From contig CAWBQK010000015.1 in NCBI GenBank assembly GCA_963791045.1, positions 1-64,000 of the forward strand: DNA of 64,000 nt, given 5' to 3'. The DNA is from Candidatus Latescibacterota bacterium (GTDB taxonomy: Bacteria > Krumholzibacteriota > Krumholzibacteriia > WVZY01). This document shows, piece by piece, positions 20,327-29,258 of this stretch; within the stretch, counting starts at the first letter, position 1, and every line of letters begins with the position of its first letter. A program made the translations under genes and the position numbers. A model generated the notes under the pieces. The model worked only from the letters and a program-made list of their open reading frames with translations, did no database searches and had not been told where the DNA came from.

Positions 20327-20938
20327 TCAGGACACCGGGTTGATTGTTTCAACCTCGAGATACTTCTCACCTTCATACTTTTTGACAGTGGTGACAATCT
20401 CCACGTCTTTCTTGCGCGCTTTTTCTTTGAGGTCAACGGTCATGTTGTTTTTGACGAGAAGATAGTTCTTCCCATCCTTGGTCTGGAAAGCGGCGGCGCA
20501 TTTTTCACTCACACCGAGGTCACACGAACCACAAACATAGTGACCTACGAGAACGACACGCTCACCCTCACGCTTTGAAATCGGTTCGATCGAAGCGGTC
20601 TTCGCCTGCTTGACTCCACACGAAGAAGCCGAAGGACAGGCCGTCGAACACGAGGACCCGCAACCCTTACTCTTGTCGCCATCCGCGCCCGCCAGGGCGG
20701 CCGATGACGGACACGAACCCGCCGTAGCGGTAGCCGTCTTGGAGCACGACGACGTCGCGGCGTTCTTCGAGCACGAAGACTCGCTATTGGCGTCACCCGC
20801 ATCGGTCGAGGCCACGGCGACATCGGCATTGGCTGTTGCCGGCGAATTTAGCTGACCGGTACCGACAATCGCGAGCACGGCGGCCGAGATCGCGAGAAGA
20901 CCGACGACGAGAAAGGACACTTTAACCTTGGACATCAA
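20327..20938 (-). CDS. Exported Cys-rich hypothetical protein (C-terminal CxxC..C domain, DUF6370-like)
   Basis: N-terminal signal/TM segment, Ser/Ala/Cys-rich linker, VCGSCDL..KC..QTKDGKNYLL. Confidence 0.7.
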   Translation of the reverse strand: MMSKVKVSFLVVGLLAISAAVLAIVGTGQLNSPATANADVAVASTDAGDANSESSCSKNAATSSCSKTATATAGSCPSSAALAGADGDKSKGCGSSCSTACPSASSCGVKQAKTASIEPISKREGERVVLVGHYVCGSCDLGVSEKCAAAFQTKDGKNYLLVKNNMTVDLKEKARKKDVEIVTTVKKYEGEKYLEVETINPVS

Positions 20939-20967
20939 GTCCTCCTTTTCAGGATATTCGAGGGCAA

Positions 20968-20990
20968 ATTTGGCTTACAGTAAGCCAAAT
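20968..20990. promoter_or_regulatory. Perfect palindrome, putative operator
   Basis: ATTTGGCTTAC-A-GTAAGCCAAAT between a TTGACT -35 candidate and the RBS of 20327-20938. Confidence 0.55.
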
Positions 20991-21037
20991 ATCCGTCATT
21001 TATTGACAAAAGTCAAGTTTTTGACCGGCAAATGTCG

Positions 21038-21877
21038 TCAAATAGCCACCGTCTCACCCGAGACGAAGCGTTTTCCGTCAAAATCGACCCGGCAGGCGGG
21101 CACATCGGGATCATGCTCGAAGAAGAGAATCCAACCCTCACGGGAGGCCCGCTCGAGGATCCGGTCTTTTTCCTCCATCGCCAGGACGGGATCTAGATCG
21201 TAGGACATTATATAGGGGGTGGGCAGATGCGCAGATGTGGGGATCAGATCGCCGCAGTAAAATATACTCTCGCCGCCACCGGACACGAGAGGAAGCTGCT
21301 GCCCGGGCGTATGCCCATGGCAGACAAGGAGTTCAAAGCCCGGAGCAAGAGACCATTCGCCATCGTGGAGCGCCAGGGCGCCGCTCGACTCCAGAATTTC
21401 GATCCGAGGCCGGAAATAACTCGCCCGGTCCCTGGGATTGGGATCCAGCGCGTGCTCCCACTGCGCACGCTGGACGTGGTGAACGGCATTCGGGAAGGCC
21501 AGGGCCCAGCCGTCCCCTGATGGCACGGCCGCACCACCGCCATGATCAAAATGGAGATGGGTGAACACAACATCGGTGACTTCTTCGGGTGTGAGGCCAA
21601 GTTTTTCCAGCCCCGCCGCGGGTGGTGATTCCGACTCAAAGGCGTAGATTTTCTCGAGCTTCTCACCGTAACCGGTTCCCGCCCCCGCATCCACGACGAT
21701 TGTCTTGCCGTGCCCGCGGACGACAAGGGTCCGCATCGCCATTGAAATACGATTCGCGTCGTCGGGCGGAGCCACCCGCGACCACAGATTTCTTGGAACG
21801 ACGCCAAACATCGCGCCGCCGTCGAGGCGAAACATCGCCGCCACCCATTCATTGATTTCCCAGTCACCAAACTTCAT
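21038..21877 (-). CDS. MBL-fold metallo-hydrolase (YtnP-like)
   Basis: FRLDGGAMFGVVP, THLHFDHGGG, GHTPG, GDL, HD. Confidence 0.9.
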   Translation of the reverse strand: MKFGDWEINEWVAAMFRLDGGAMFGVVPRNLWSRVAPPDDANRISMAMRTLVVRGHGKTIVVDAGAGTGYGEKLEKIYAFESESPPAAGLEKLGLTPEEVTDVVFTHLHFDHGGGAAVPSGDGWALAFPNAVHHVQRAQWEHALDPNPRDRASYFRPRIEILESSGALALHDGEWSLAPGFELLVCHGHTPGQQLPLVSGGGESIFYCGDLIPTSAHLPTPYIMSYDLDPVLAMEEKDRILERASREGWILFFEHDPDVPACRVDFDGKRFVSGETVAI

Positions 21878-21960
21878 AACACTCCCCGGAACTTTTAAGG
21901 TGTTCGTATTAAGTATTGAGGTGTGGATTATAACACCGGGCGGGCACGCGCGCCAGTCGA

Positions 21961-22281
21961 TCACTCTTCTTCGACGATGACCGCCGTTCCGTATACGAGA
22001 AGTTCGGCGGCGTTCTGCATGATCTCGCTCGTGACGAACCGGGCGCCGATGACACCGTTTGCACCGAGCTTTGCCGCTTCTTCGCGCATCCTGTCCAGGG
22101 CCTGTTCACGGGACTCGGCCATTAGTTTTGTGTATTCCCTGATCTCGCCGCCGGTGATGTTTTTCATCGCGGCGGTCAGATCGTGTCCGATGTGCCGGGC
22201 GCGAACGGTGCTTCCCTTGACAAGACCAAATACTTTGACGATTCGTTTGCCGTGGATATCGTTGGTTGTCGTCACGATCAT
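21961..22281 (-). CDS. YbjQ/UPF0145 family protein
   Basis: MIVTTTNDI.G, GGEIREYT, GANGVIG, YGTAV. Confidence 0.92.
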   Translation of the reverse strand: MIVTTTNDIHGKRIVKVFGLVKGSTVRARHIGHDLTAAMKNITGGEIREYTKLMAESREQALDRMREEAAKLGANGVIGARFVTSEIMQNAAELLVYGTAVIVEEE

Positions 22282-22718
22282 TGCCTGACTCCCTTGTACG
22301 GGTCGTTCTTGCTTTCATAATAACGCTCGCGGATCACGGAGACGAAGATGACCACGAGTCCAAGAAGGATAACCGCAACGCTTATCCCTTTGAAAGTCAG
22401 AAAGTCGGGGGATGTCACCGCCCTGTAAACGGCATACAACAATACGACGACGATTCCGGCGACCATAAAGAAGAACCCGGTCCCACGTTCGAGCCGGTGA
22501 GAAATGTCGTCCCAGTACCGGACCCAGAATTCCTCGTCGGGGGCTTTGAGCCTGAAATCGTTTGTAAGATCGACGACTCGACCAAACTCGCGCAGCTCGT
22601 TCCTGCAATCATCGCAGCTCTCGACATGTGCCTCGAACTGAACTTTTTCCTCGGCGGTCAGTTCGTCGTCGAGGAACCGCATTCCATCGGATTGAAATCG
22701 TTCACAAACCATGGTCAA
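22278..22718 (-). CDS. zf-HC2 anti-sigma factor with two TM helices
   Basis: FLDDEL..EE...FEAHVESCDDC followed by two hydrophobic helices. Coupled to the ECF gene. Confidence 0.85.
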   Translation of the reverse strand: MTMVCERFQSDGMRFLDDELTAEEKVQFEAHVESCDDCRNELREFGRVVDLTNDFRLKAPDEEFWVRYWDDISHRLERGTGFFFMVAGIVVVLLYAVYRAVTSPDFLTFKGISVAVILLGLVVIFVSVIRERYYESKNDPYKGVRQ

Positions 22719-23335
22719 GTCACCTCCCCCTGCGCCGTACGGGCGTCGGGGATGAGTTCTGTTTCTGTTGCCAATCCATGCTGCTCCATCTCGACCAGGA
22801 TATCCCTCAACATTTTCCGTGCGTAATACAACCTCGACATCACCGTCCCAATCGGAATATTCAACGCATCGGCAATCTCTTCATATGTGCACCCCTTGAA
22901 ATTCTTCATCATGATTATTTCTTTGTGATCGAACGACAGACGATCGATCGCCGCGTGCAGCAACCGCGCTCGTTCATCCTTCTCGAGATGCTCGAGAGCG
23001 CTGATCCCGCCCGAGGCGAACCGTTCGCGGTCGGGGCTGTCGGCATAATAGAGCGACTCAGTCTTTTTCTTTTCGCGACTGACAAAATTAAGACATCGGT
23101 TTCTCAAAATTCGATAAAACCATGGGTAAAACGGACGGCCCTCGTCGAACTGGGCGCGCGCCTGGTATGCCCGGACGAACGCGTCCTGCGACAGGTCCCG
23201 CGCGTCATCAGAATTCCTGGCGAAACCCAGCGCGATCAGATAGGCATCCGACATATACTGTCGCACCAGTTTTCCAAATGCCTTCTTGTCCCCATTTTTC
23301 CATCGCCTTATCAGGTCTTGTTCGTTCTCGGACAA
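22715..23335 (-). CDS. ECF RNA polymerase sigma-70 factor
   Basis: DARDLSQDAF, FYPWFYRI, YEEIADALNIPIGTVMSRLYYAR. TTG start after GGAGG. Confidence 0.92.
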   Translation of the reverse strand: MSENEQDLIRRWKNGDKKAFGKLVRQYMSDAYLIALGFARNSDDARDLSQDAFVRAYQARAQFDEGRPFYPWFYRILRNRCLNFVSREKKKTESLYYADSPDRERFASGGISALEHLEKDERARLLHAAIDRLSFDHKEIIMMKNFKGCTYEEIADALNIPIGTVMSRLYYARKMLRDILVEMEQHGLATETELIPDARTAQGEVT

Positions 23336-23547
23336 TCTATCCCTCCTGGAGAACCCCCGTGGAGTCCTCGTTGTCGCCCACGGTTTCGACAACTTTTATA
23401 ACCGTCCCAAAAAGAAATATTCAAACATCATTTGATTTTCTTGTATGATGCTGGTGGCCGCCCCGGGCGCGGGGCGGAAGATAAAACCTAACCCACCGGT
23501 ATTTATAGAGATAGTATAAACCACGGGCCGCCGGGCGGGCCAGAAAA

Positions 23548-25176
23548 ATGGGTCTAAAAAGCACCCTGATCATCAGTTTGTTGGCGCTTGTGCCGTTCAT
23601 CCTGCTTTCCATGCCGTTTATGTCATGGATCCCGGATGACGCCTACATAAGCTTCGAATACTCCAAAAATCTCGCCGACGGAGAGGGCCTGGTGTTCAAC
23701 CCCGGGGAGCGCGTCGAAGGCTTCTCAAACCTGTTGTGGACACTCCTCCTTGCAATCGCTGCCTTTCTCGGTCTTGAAATCGAAACCGCCGCGCCGGCGC
23801 TGTCCTACCTTTGCGCGTTAGCCGCGTTGGGTGTTTTTCTCGTGCTCGTACGCCAATCGCTCCAGTTTATCGGCGACGCGGGGCGTCCGAGCGTACTCAT
23901 TGCTACCGGCGCCGTAATGCTCGCCGTGGGGGCGTTTTTTCCGCTGGCGTTCTATGCGTCGTCGGGGCTCGAAACCACAGCCTATCTTCTCTGTCTTCTC
24001 GTCGGCGCTTTCTTTCATCTCAAAGCCGTCCGCGAGGAAAGCCCGACCGGGCATTACTTTTCCCTTCTCGCTTTTCTTGCCGCCGCCCTCACGCGGCCCG
24101 AGGGAATCGGGTTTCTCGGGTTAAACGGCCTCTTTCTTTTGTATCACTGGCGGAAGATCCCGCGCAGGGTTCTCGTGGTTGCGTTCTTAACGCTCGCCGC
24201 CTACGCCGCCGTCGCCGCCATCAAGGCCCAGTATTTTGGCGGCGTTGTGCCCAACACATACTTCGCCAAACCGGGAACGTCGTGGCATTATCTCGCGCCG
24301 CTTTCACGCGGTATCGGTTATCTGGTTCGCTTCTTTGGTAAAAGTGGGCTCGTGTTCTTTCTCCCGTTCGCGCTCGTCGTACCCTTTGATAAACCTTCGC
24401 GGTATGCATGGCTGTATCTGTGGGTGTTCGCGTCTTTCCAACTTTTCTTCATCGTTTTTGTCGGCGCCGACATTCTCCGCTTCGACCGTTTTGCCGTACC
24501 TCTTATTCCGTGGCTGCTGGGCTTGACCGCGCTGGGCGTGATGGAAATGATCGAAGGCCCGTACCCGCATATTCGCGTGTTCGCCCGCCGCATGATCGTC
24601 GTGTGTACAATAATCGTCGTGGTCCTCAACGTCGGACAGGCCTTCAAGGCATCGAGCAAGTATTGCGTTCATGACTGGATGCACAGCCATGTCCACCGCG
24701 AGATCGGCCGGTACCTCGGCGCAGCGCTCCCCGTGGACGGCCGGATCGTGGCGAACGAGATTGGCGCGATCCGTTACCACTCGGACAGACCCGTGGTCGA
24801 TATGCTCGGTCTCACTGATGACACGGTGAGCGCAATCCGGTACCGGTCGTTCCAGACTTACGGCATCGGCAGCAGCGCGTGGAGCGCAAACGCCGTCACC
24901 CGCTACCTTCTCGACGGCAACCCCGCGTGCGTGGTTCTACCCGCGCCGGAAGTACTGGCCCTCGATGACAGGACGTCGCACCAGGACTCGATGCACCCGC
25001 TTTGGTACACGATCCTGACCGACCCCGTATTCGAAGCGAAATACACACCGCGATTCTACATCGCCATACATCCTCATAAATTCGTGTATCTCTTCACGCG
25101 AAAAGATGTTGCGACACCGCAGGGCGCCGAACCCGACCACCTTCGCTGCATGGAAATTCACCCGATCGACGGATAA
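23548..25176 (+). CDS. GT-C-type polytopic membrane glycosyltransferase (arabinofuranosyltransferase-like)
   Basis: DDAYISF..NL..G.GLVFNPGERVEGFSNLLW, SGLET, TRPEG, PNTYFAK, DMLGLTD. Confidence 0.75.
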   Translation: MGLKSTLIISLLALVPFILLSMPFMSWIPDDAYISFEYSKNLADGEGLVFNPGERVEGFSNLLWTLLLAIAAFLGLEIETAAPALSYLCALAALGVFLVLVRQSLQFIGDAGRPSVLIATGAVMLAVGAFFPLAFYASSGLETTAYLLCLLVGAFFHLKAVREESPTGHYFSLLAFLAAALTRPEGIGFLGLNGLFLLYHWRKIPRRVLVVAFLTLAAYAAVAAIKAQYFGGVVPNTYFAKPGTSWHYLAPLSRGIGYLVRFFGKSGLVFFLPFALVVPFDKPSRYAWLYLWVFASFQLFFIVFVGADILRFDRFAVPLIPWLLGLTALGVMEMIEGPYPHIRVFARRMIVVCTIIVVVLNVGQAFKASSKYCVHDWMHSHVHREIGRYLGAALPVDGRIVANEIGAIRYHSDRPVVDMLGLTDDTVSAIRYRSFQTYGIGSSAWSANAVTRYLLDGNPACVVLPAPEVLALDDRTSHQDSMHPLWYTILTDPVFEAKYTPRFYIAIHPHKFVYLFTRKDVATPQGAEPDHLRCMEIHPIDG

Positions 25177-25318
25177 GCGCGGCTCCGTCAACGGTGTCGA
25201 TCTTGAGGGCTGATTTTGGTTGTCAGCGTCCGTTGGCTCTATTAAAGTCTGTTCTTTGTTTCAGGCAATCTTCGAACGACACCGCGCAATCGGCATTTAA
25301 ATCGACAGGGGCGGAACC

Positions 25319-26911
25319 ATGCCAGCGAATGATCTGTCACTTTTTCTCGCGGCACACACCGAGGTGGTCGAACCGCTTTCGCGCGAGACGAACCTCGCGT
25401 ACTGGGCGGCGAGCATTTCCGGCAAGCAGGAGGATTTCGACCGATTCACGATGCTTCAGCTGGAAATCCAGAAGATCTATGCCAACCCCGATGATTTCGA
25501 AAAGATCCGCAAGTGGCGGGATGATCCAAGAGTGACCAACCCGGTCGAACGTCGGCAGGTCCAAATTCTGTACGCCGATTACTTGAGCAACCAGATCGAT
25601 CCCGCCCTGAATGAGGAGATCACCAGGCTCGGCTCAAAAATCGAGAACCAGTTTACGACCCACAGGGCAACCCTCGACGGCGAAACGGTCACGGCCAACC
25701 AGATTCTCGAGGTTATGCGAGAATCCAACGACCCCGACAAGAAACAAAGGGCATGGGAGGCGGGCAAGGAAGTGGGGCCCGTTGTTTGCACTGATCTGCT
25801 CCGGCTGGTTAAGCTCCGGAACGAGGCGGCCGAATCGCTTGGCTATGACACATATTATGCAATGTCGCTCGAACTGAGCGAACAGAGCGAAGACGAGATC
25901 GTCCGTTTGTTCGACGAACTCGACAATCTGACCCGCGAACCCTACCGCCGCCTTAAGGAATCTCTCGACACGAAGGTAGCCGCCCGCCACGGCATCGACA
26001 CCGACTCGATCCGACCATGGCATTACGACGACCTTTTTTTCCAGGAAGTCCCGAAGGTATTTGAAATCGACATCGACCGTTTTTACCGCGGCCGGGATAT
26101 CCTCGAAATCGTCGAGCGGTTCTATACGGGGCTCGACCTCGAGGTCGGCGATATCATCTCAAACAGCGATCTATACGAGAAACCGGGAAAAGATCAGCAC
26201 GCGTTCTGTACCGACATCGACAGAAAAGGCGACATCCGCATTCTCGCCAACATCAAGGATGACGAGAGCTGGACGGGGACGATGCTCCACGAACTGGGGC
26301 ACGCGGTATACGACAAATACATCGACCCGGGGCTGCCGTTTCTGCTACGCCACCAGGCCCACATCTTTGTGACGGAATCCATCGCGATGCTCTTCGGGCG
26401 TTTGTCCAAGGATGCAGACTGGCTTCACAAAGCGGTTGGCATCAGCAAGGAAGAATCAGTGAAAGTCGCGGGCGGGCTTTTTGAACACCTCAGGATCGCC
26501 CAGCTTATTTTTTCCCGTTGGGCGCAGGTCATGATGAACTTCGAGCGATTGCTTTACAAAGATCCCGACCAGGACTTGAACGAGTTGTGGTGGGGGCTTG
26601 TTGAAAAATATCAGATGGTAAAACGCCCGGAGGGCCGCACGTCCCCCGACTGGGCCACAAAAACACACGTGGTCTCGGTTCCCGTTTATTATCACAACTA
26701 TCTTCTCGGGGAACTTCTCGCGTCTCAGTTGACGCATCACATTCGCGCTCAGATCACCGACACACGCTTCCTCGGACATCCCGAAGTGGGCGCCTATCTC
26801 AAAGAGATGGTTTTCAAACCGGGGGCTCGTTTCAGATGGGACAAACTGGTGGAGAGAGCGACGGGCGAACGGTTGACGGCCAGATACTTCGCCGAAGAGT
26901 TTGTCGACTGA
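25319..26911 (+). CDS. M3/M2-family zinc oligopeptidase
   Basis: HELGH, ESIAM, PVYYHNYLLG, LRNEAA..LGY. Confidence 0.88.
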   Translation: MPANDLSLFLAAHTEVVEPLSRETNLAYWAASISGKQEDFDRFTMLQLEIQKIYANPDDFEKIRKWRDDPRVTNPVERRQVQILYADYLSNQIDPALNEEITRLGSKIENQFTTHRATLDGETVTANQILEVMRESNDPDKKQRAWEAGKEVGPVVCTDLLRLVKLRNEAAESLGYDTYYAMSLELSEQSEDEIVRLFDELDNLTREPYRRLKESLDTKVAARHGIDTDSIRPWHYDDLFFQEVPKVFEIDIDRFYRGRDILEIVERFYTGLDLEVGDIISNSDLYEKPGKDQHAFCTDIDRKGDIRILANIKDDESWTGTMLHELGHAVYDKYIDPGLPFLLRHQAHIFVTESIAMLFGRLSKDADWLHKAVGISKEESVKVAGGLFEHLRIAQLIFSRWAQVMMNFERLLYKDPDQDLNELWWGLVEKYQMVKRPEGRTSPDWATKTHVVSVPVYYHNYLLGELLASQLTHHIRAQITDTRFLGHPEVGAYLKEMVFKPGARFRWDKLVERATGERLTARYFAEEFVD

Positions 26912-26948
26912 AAGCAATTAAAATATAATTGCGTGGCGCTACCGGTGG

Positions 26949-27872
26949 CTAGTCCAAATCTGAGAGGATCGCGTCCGCCCGTCCGGCGAATGCTGTATCT
27001 TTGTGCAGATTACTGACCCTTTCGAGGAGTTCCCGGGCTTCGACCTGCTTGTCTTGTCCGTCCAAAACAACCGCGAGATCGATAAGGATGACAGGATCTT
27101 CGGGTTGAGCCTTGAGCGCGGCCCTGAGAAGATTCTCCGAACGATCAACCGCCCCATCCATGTACGCGACAATCGCATCGAGTACCATCAATCGAATGTC
27201 TTCGGAAAAGAGTTTCCGAGCGTCGGCGATATAGACTCTCGCCGATCCGATCCGATGGGTGGAAACGTAGCCGGCTACGAGCCAGTAAGCCACGTCAGGG
27301 GTTTCTCCGCCGGATTCATAACGTTCGTGGAGTGCGGCGAGCGACAGGTCAACGGATTCTGAAGCAGAACTCGACCAGGCTCCGCCGACCGAACGATATA
27401 CCGGAACACTGTCCCCGACGAACAATTCCCCACCAGGGAGAACAAACACATCCGTCGAAGAGTATTCCGCAACGGCAACTTCAATCGGACCGAGGACGGA
27501 TGGATCCAGACCCGAATGGGTCAACCGACCGGCCAGCCGTACCGAAAACCACGCACTAACGGTTACGACGAGACAGACAGCGGCCACGGTGACGACACGG
27601 GTTTTCCAATTCCGCCAAATGCCACCGCGCCTCAACCCCTTGGCCTCAGGGCGAGCGCGCGCCTCCCCGGCAATACGCAGCCCATCCGTGACGAGCCCGA
27701 TAGGGGTATCCACCGGCCCCGCCGTTCCCGACTCATACAAACCAAGTTCAACCACGGAATCCTGATACAACTTGTTACATTGGTTGCATGTACGCACGTG
27801 CGCAAGAATCATAGCCCGGTCTATTTCGCCAAGCCGATTTTCGAGCATCCGAGCGATATCATCCACCGCCAC
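26949..27872 (-). CDS. zf-HC2 anti-sigma-like protein with TM helix and C-terminal TPRs
   Basis: H...AHVRTCNQC zinc motif, TM VVTVAAVCLVVTVSAWF, TPR-like helices at the C-terminus. The true start may lie slightly upstream. Confidence 0.75.
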   Translation of the reverse strand: MAVDDIARMLENRLGEIDRAMILAHVRTCNQCNKLYQDSVVELGLYESGTAGPVDTPIGLVTDGLRIAGEARARPEAKGLRRGGIWRNWKTRVVTVAAVCLVVTVSAWFSVRLAGRLTHSGLDPSVLGPIEVAVAEYSSTDVFVLPGGELFVGDSVPVYRSVGGAWSSSASESVDLSLAALHERYESGGETPDVAYWLVAGYVSTHRIGSARVYIADARKLFSEDIRLMVLDAIVAYMDGAVDRSENLLRAALKAQPEDPVILIDLAVVLDGQDKQVEARELLERVSNLHKDTAFAGRADAILSDLD

Positions 27873-28065
27873 GTGGGGTGTGTCAGGAGCTTTTCCGATA
27901 ACCGACTCCTCCTCTTCACGGACTCCGACAATTCAACGTCTTTCAACTGTAAAGAAATTATTACACTCGGTGTAACGTTTTCTTTACATATACGGCCAGA
28001 GCAGAGAAATTCCCCGCCGAACAAGTGTGAGACACAACCGCGTCATGAGTTGGACGAACTTTCTT

Positions 28066-28932
28066 CTACAGCTGTCTCTCCGCCTCCATCGCCTGACGTA
28101 GCTTCCGAACGACCTTGTCGATCAACGTGTAGGCTCGGCGTTGCCCACTGAGCTTGAGTCTGCCCGCGATCTCCCGCGCGGAGAGACGCCGGTTAAATCG
28201 CAGGTCTATGATCTCCCGCTCGCGCGGTGTCAGCGACGCCACGAGTCCGGTCAACCGCTCGACCACGGCGCGGCTCTCTTGCTCCACCAGGTTCTCGTCC
28301 GGCCGGCCCGAATGCAGAGTCTCTTCGCATTCCAGTTTGAGCTGAACGAGGCACTTGAGCATTTGCGCCGACTCGGCCCCGCAACGCTTCGCCTGTCGCT
28401 GTCTTTCGAGCCGGCACAAATACCGCCGGTCCATTACATCTTCGATGCGTTCGATACAATCCACAATTTCATCAATCGTCAACCGTTGTCCACTCCACTC
28501 CAAGACGCCAAGCGTAATCTCTAGCGGCAACCGCTTTATAAAATGAAGCTGCAGAACTTCCTTCTCCAGATCGGATAGTCTCTCATAGCCCTCGGGCACA
28601 CGATAGCGTCCGTGACGTTGTCTCAGCAAGTCGAGCGCTCGGCTTCGCGTGTAGACAATCAGCCACGTTGTAAGCCGAACATCACCGCGGAACTTCGCCA
28701 GTTCACAATGATAAAGGGAGTGAAGCACGTCCACATGCACCGCACGGATGTCGTCATCGTCTTCAGCTACGAGATGTCGTCGAACGACCCCGTAGATCAA
28801 TCCCGTGTAGCTGTGCACAAATTCGTGCCACGCATCTATGCATCCCGAGGTGACAGCTCGTACGAGAGTCAGATCACGCGTTAACTGATCAGAGGTGTTC
28901 TTGGCTTCCTTGGAGTCGCTGTGGATGGACAT
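28066..28932 (-). CDS. Atypical ECF-type sigma-70 factor with an internal insertion
   Basis: Region 2 (AWHEFV..Y..LIY, FRGDVRLTTWL...RSRALDLLR) and region 4 (LTPREREIIDLRF..LSAREIA). Probable ATG at 28932. Confidence 0.8.
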   Translation of the reverse strand: MSIHSDSKEAKNTSDQLTRDLTLVRAVTSGCIDAWHEFVHSYTGLIYGVVRRHLVAEDDDDIRAVHVDVLHSLYHCELAKFRGDVRLTTWLIVYTRSRALDLLRQRHGRYRVPEGYERLSDLEKEVLQLHFIKRLPLEITLGVLEWSGQRLTIDEIVDCIERIEDVMDRRYLCRLERQRQAKRCGAESAQMLKCLVQLKLECEETLHSGRPDENLVEQESRAVVERLTGLVASLTPREREIIDLRFNRRLSAREIAGRLKLSGQRRAYTLIDKVVRKLRQAMEAERQL

Positions 28933-29258
28933 TGTCCCTTTGTACCCCGGTTCGAGTCTTTTGACTGCGAGCGTATCTGCCGCGCGACTCACGACCGTTT
29001 TCCCCAACGCCAATGTCGCTACAAAACAAACAGTCGCTTTAAAGTATAATTGACGACGGGCCGAATAACAAGATGGAGCGTGTCGAAGCCGCAGATGTTT
29101 TCTCGATTCTCTAAGAAAGATAAACTTTACAAAAAACTTGAGCATATTCTTGGGTAATTGTATCCTAATGTCCGTACCATGCGCCGGGATCACGGTACAT
29201 TGACGGCAACTTACTCACGTCAATCACGCTTGCCACTGACCCGTCAGGACATCCTCAA

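Noticed and set aside
20228-20465. C-terminal extension of the DUF4384 ORF overlapping the convergent gene
   Set aside because: It runs through a clear terminator, and a shifted frame gives a natural end at 20227.
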